Shown piece after piece: positions 62,476-64,000 of a DNA stretch of 64,000 bases (position 1 is the stretch's first letter; each line of letters starts with the position of its first letter). The position numbers were made by a program, and so were the translations under genes. The stretch is taken from sequence record ON529853.1; one strand, given 5' to 3'. The notes under the pieces are model-generated. The model did not search any database. It worked only from the letters and a program-made list of their open reading frames with translations, and was not told the origin of the DNA.

Positions 62476-62751
62476 TCAGGCCGCCGGGAGTGGTTTAATG
62501 ACTTCCAACGCCCGCAAGGTCCGATCCGAGTCGCGGTTCATCGGGCCGGAATGAAGGGTGAAGCCGTTATGCCCGCGCACCTTGCAGACCCGGCGGGCTT
62601 CGGCGGCGCAACGCTCCAGACTCCAGCGCCCGTCGAAGAACAAATAGGCGTCGTTTCCGCAGCCCCCGATCAGCTTGACCGGGCCGGAAAAATCCTTGCC
62701 GTTCCAGCCGGTCGAGGGATACCAAAAGTTTGCGTAGCGTTGGTAGGCCAT
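62476..62751 (-). CDS. Hypothetical protein
   Basis: GGAGA RBS; CtrA promoter. Confidence 0.75.
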   Translation of the reverse strand: MAYQRYANFWYPSTGWNGKDFSGPVKLIGGCGNDAYLFFDGRWSLERCAAEARRVCKVRGHNGFTLHSGPMNRDSDRTLRALEVIKPLPAA

Positions 62752-62804
62752 GGGTCGTCTCCGTTTCGATCCTTGGACCATAGGCGACAGAAGTTAACAA
62801 GAGG

Positions 62805-63446
62805 TTAAGACGTGAAGTTTTCCAGATAGCGGCGGCGCATGGCCGCGACCGTCGTCGGCGTGACCCGGACAATGTCAGCGTTTTTGCGCATCATGTCCGC
62901 CCGCATGAACGACGTCGTCGCCAATTGCAGGGTGTGATTCACGCAGGAATGAAAGCCGTCTTTCAGGCGTTCAATCGGCCACGTCGCCGGTTGCAGCTTG
63001 GCGTGTTCCAAGGTCTCCAGCGGAATGGGCAAGGGGAGGTCGTCGCGATGCTGATCGGCCTCGGTCCGCTCATAGGTCGCGCCGCGCGGATAAACGCCCA
63101 AGATCAGGTCGCCATTGTTCAGGCGGAACCACGTCAGACCGGACCGCCCGTCGTCGTCAACCGCTTGCGCCATCACATAGCGGGCCACGGCGGCGTCAGC
63201 CGGGACGGCCCACGCCACGACCAAATCCAGCATATTGCCGTCGGCGTCATGGGCGAAGATCGCGGACGGGGGGCCAGGTTCCTCCACGACGTCGGACGGT
63301 TCGAGGCCATTGCGTCCTTCGAGCCAGACGGCGCGGGTCATCGTCAGGCCGTCGCGGTAAGCGTCGCGTTCGGCCTCCGTCGCAAAGGGGCCGTGCAGGA
63401 TGTTCGCCGGGCAACGCAGATAGTATCCAACCGCTGATTCGGTCAT
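62805..63446 (-). CDS. Hypothetical protein
   Basis: GGAGA RBS; CtrA promoter. Confidence 0.75.
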   Translation of the reverse strand: MTESAVGYYLRCPANILHGPFATEAERDAYRDGLTMTRAVWLEGRNGLEPSDVVEEPGPPSAIFAHDADGNMLDLVVAWAVPADAAVARYVMAQAVDDDGRSGLTWFRLNNGDLILGVYPRGATYERTEADQHRDDLPLPIPLETLEHAKLQPATWPIERLKDGFHSCVNHTLQLATTSFMRADMMRKNADIVRVTPTTVAAMRRRYLENFTS

Positions 63447-63558
63447 CGGGGTCTCCCTTGAGTGATGTTCCTATCTAGCACTGATTCGTTAACAAGAGGT
63501 TAACGCAGTGCGGCGGCGGACGCCGGCGTTAACCTTAACGGGCGGCGAGGGTAGAACG

Positions 63559-63789
63559 TCACCGGATAGGCCGGTAACGCTCCACGGGGTAAGAGCCCGC
63601 CTTGGTGTAGATGGCGTAGGCGGCGTCGGCGTCGGGACCCAGGCAGACAAAGGCGCCGCGCGCGGCATTGCGATTGCGCCGGTAGAACAGGGCGAGGAAT
63701 CCTGCGGGCGTTTTGGCGGCGGTCTCTTCAAGGTCCGGCAAGTCGCGTGAGCGACCATCCTCATAGTCGGTGACACTGTAGCGTTTCAA
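63559..63789 (-). CDS. Hypothetical protein
   Basis: TTG start after GGAGGA; CtrA promoter. Confidence 0.65.
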   Translation of the reverse strand: MKRYSVTDYEDGRSRDLPDLEETAAKTPAGFLALFYRRNRNAARGAFVCLGPDADAAYAIYTKAGSYPVERYRPIR

Positions 63790-63897
63790 GGGGCTTCCTC
63801 CATTGCTGCCCCATTCTTGTAGCACTGATTCGTTAACAAGAGGTTAACGCGTTTCGGTGGTGGGCGTTAACCTTAACGGGCGTTAGGGAAGCCAGGG

Positions 63898-64000
63898 TCA
63901 CAGACCCCGGCAGGTGGGGCCGAACCCGGACTCGATCGACACGGGGTCGGTCAGGGGCAGGGCGCAGCGCCCGCAACGGCCCTCATGATAGACCTTGAGC
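63898..64000 (-). CDS. DUF6011-like Zn-finger protein, C-terminal part
   Basis: HEGRCGRCALPLTDPVSIESGFGPTC. Confidence 0.7.
   Translation of the reverse strand, partial: LKVYHEGRCGRCALPLTDPVSIESGFGPTCRGL

Larger units (their letters stand above)
51263..63847. promoter_or_regulatory. 23 CtrA boxes (TTAA-N7-TTAA) at promoter -35 regions
   Basis: Starts at 51263, 52089, 52383, 52896, 53919, 53964, 54872, 54917, 55418, 56350, 56838, 57169, 58160, 58809, 59424, 59871, 60539, 61407, 61969, 62360, 62794, 63489, 63833. Confidence 0.9.

Overview
A 64-kb piece of a large, GC-rich phiCbK-like siphophage of Caulobacteraceae, with essentially all genes on the minus strand. Reading right to left: (i) 51-64 kb, a terminal-repeat-type early region of small genes (including ArdC-like and a 39-aa ArfA-like protein), most behind a promoter with a CtrA box (TTAA-N7-TTAA, 23 counted); (ii) 31-50.5 kb, trypsin-like protease, portal and accessory genes (HD and DHH phosphohydrolases, Ntn hydrolase, DEDDh nuclease, HNH); (iii) 10-31 kb, scaffold, major and minor capsid proteins and large beta/Gly-rich virion proteins, interrupted by a ~510-nt structured non-coding RNA with its own promoter and terminator on the opposite strand; (iv) 0.3-10 kb, 30 tRNA or tRNA-like genes, a 218-nt tmRNA-like RNA, peptide deformylase, a GapR homolog and a metallophosphoesterase. 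Main finding: the two large tRNA arrays each sit behind a leader-peptide attenuator whose codons match the tRNAs downstream. Leader 1 uses F/Y/R/N/V/Q/I and precedes Tyr/Phe/Val/Ile/Gln/Asn/Arg tRNAs. Leader 2 has 34 consecutive T/L/S/H/K/A/P codons and precedes Pro/Thr/Lys/Leu/His/Ala/Ser tRNAs. This suggests backup tRNAs are transcribed only when the matching host tRNAs are depleted. All tRNA, fold and family calls were made by eye, without database searches.
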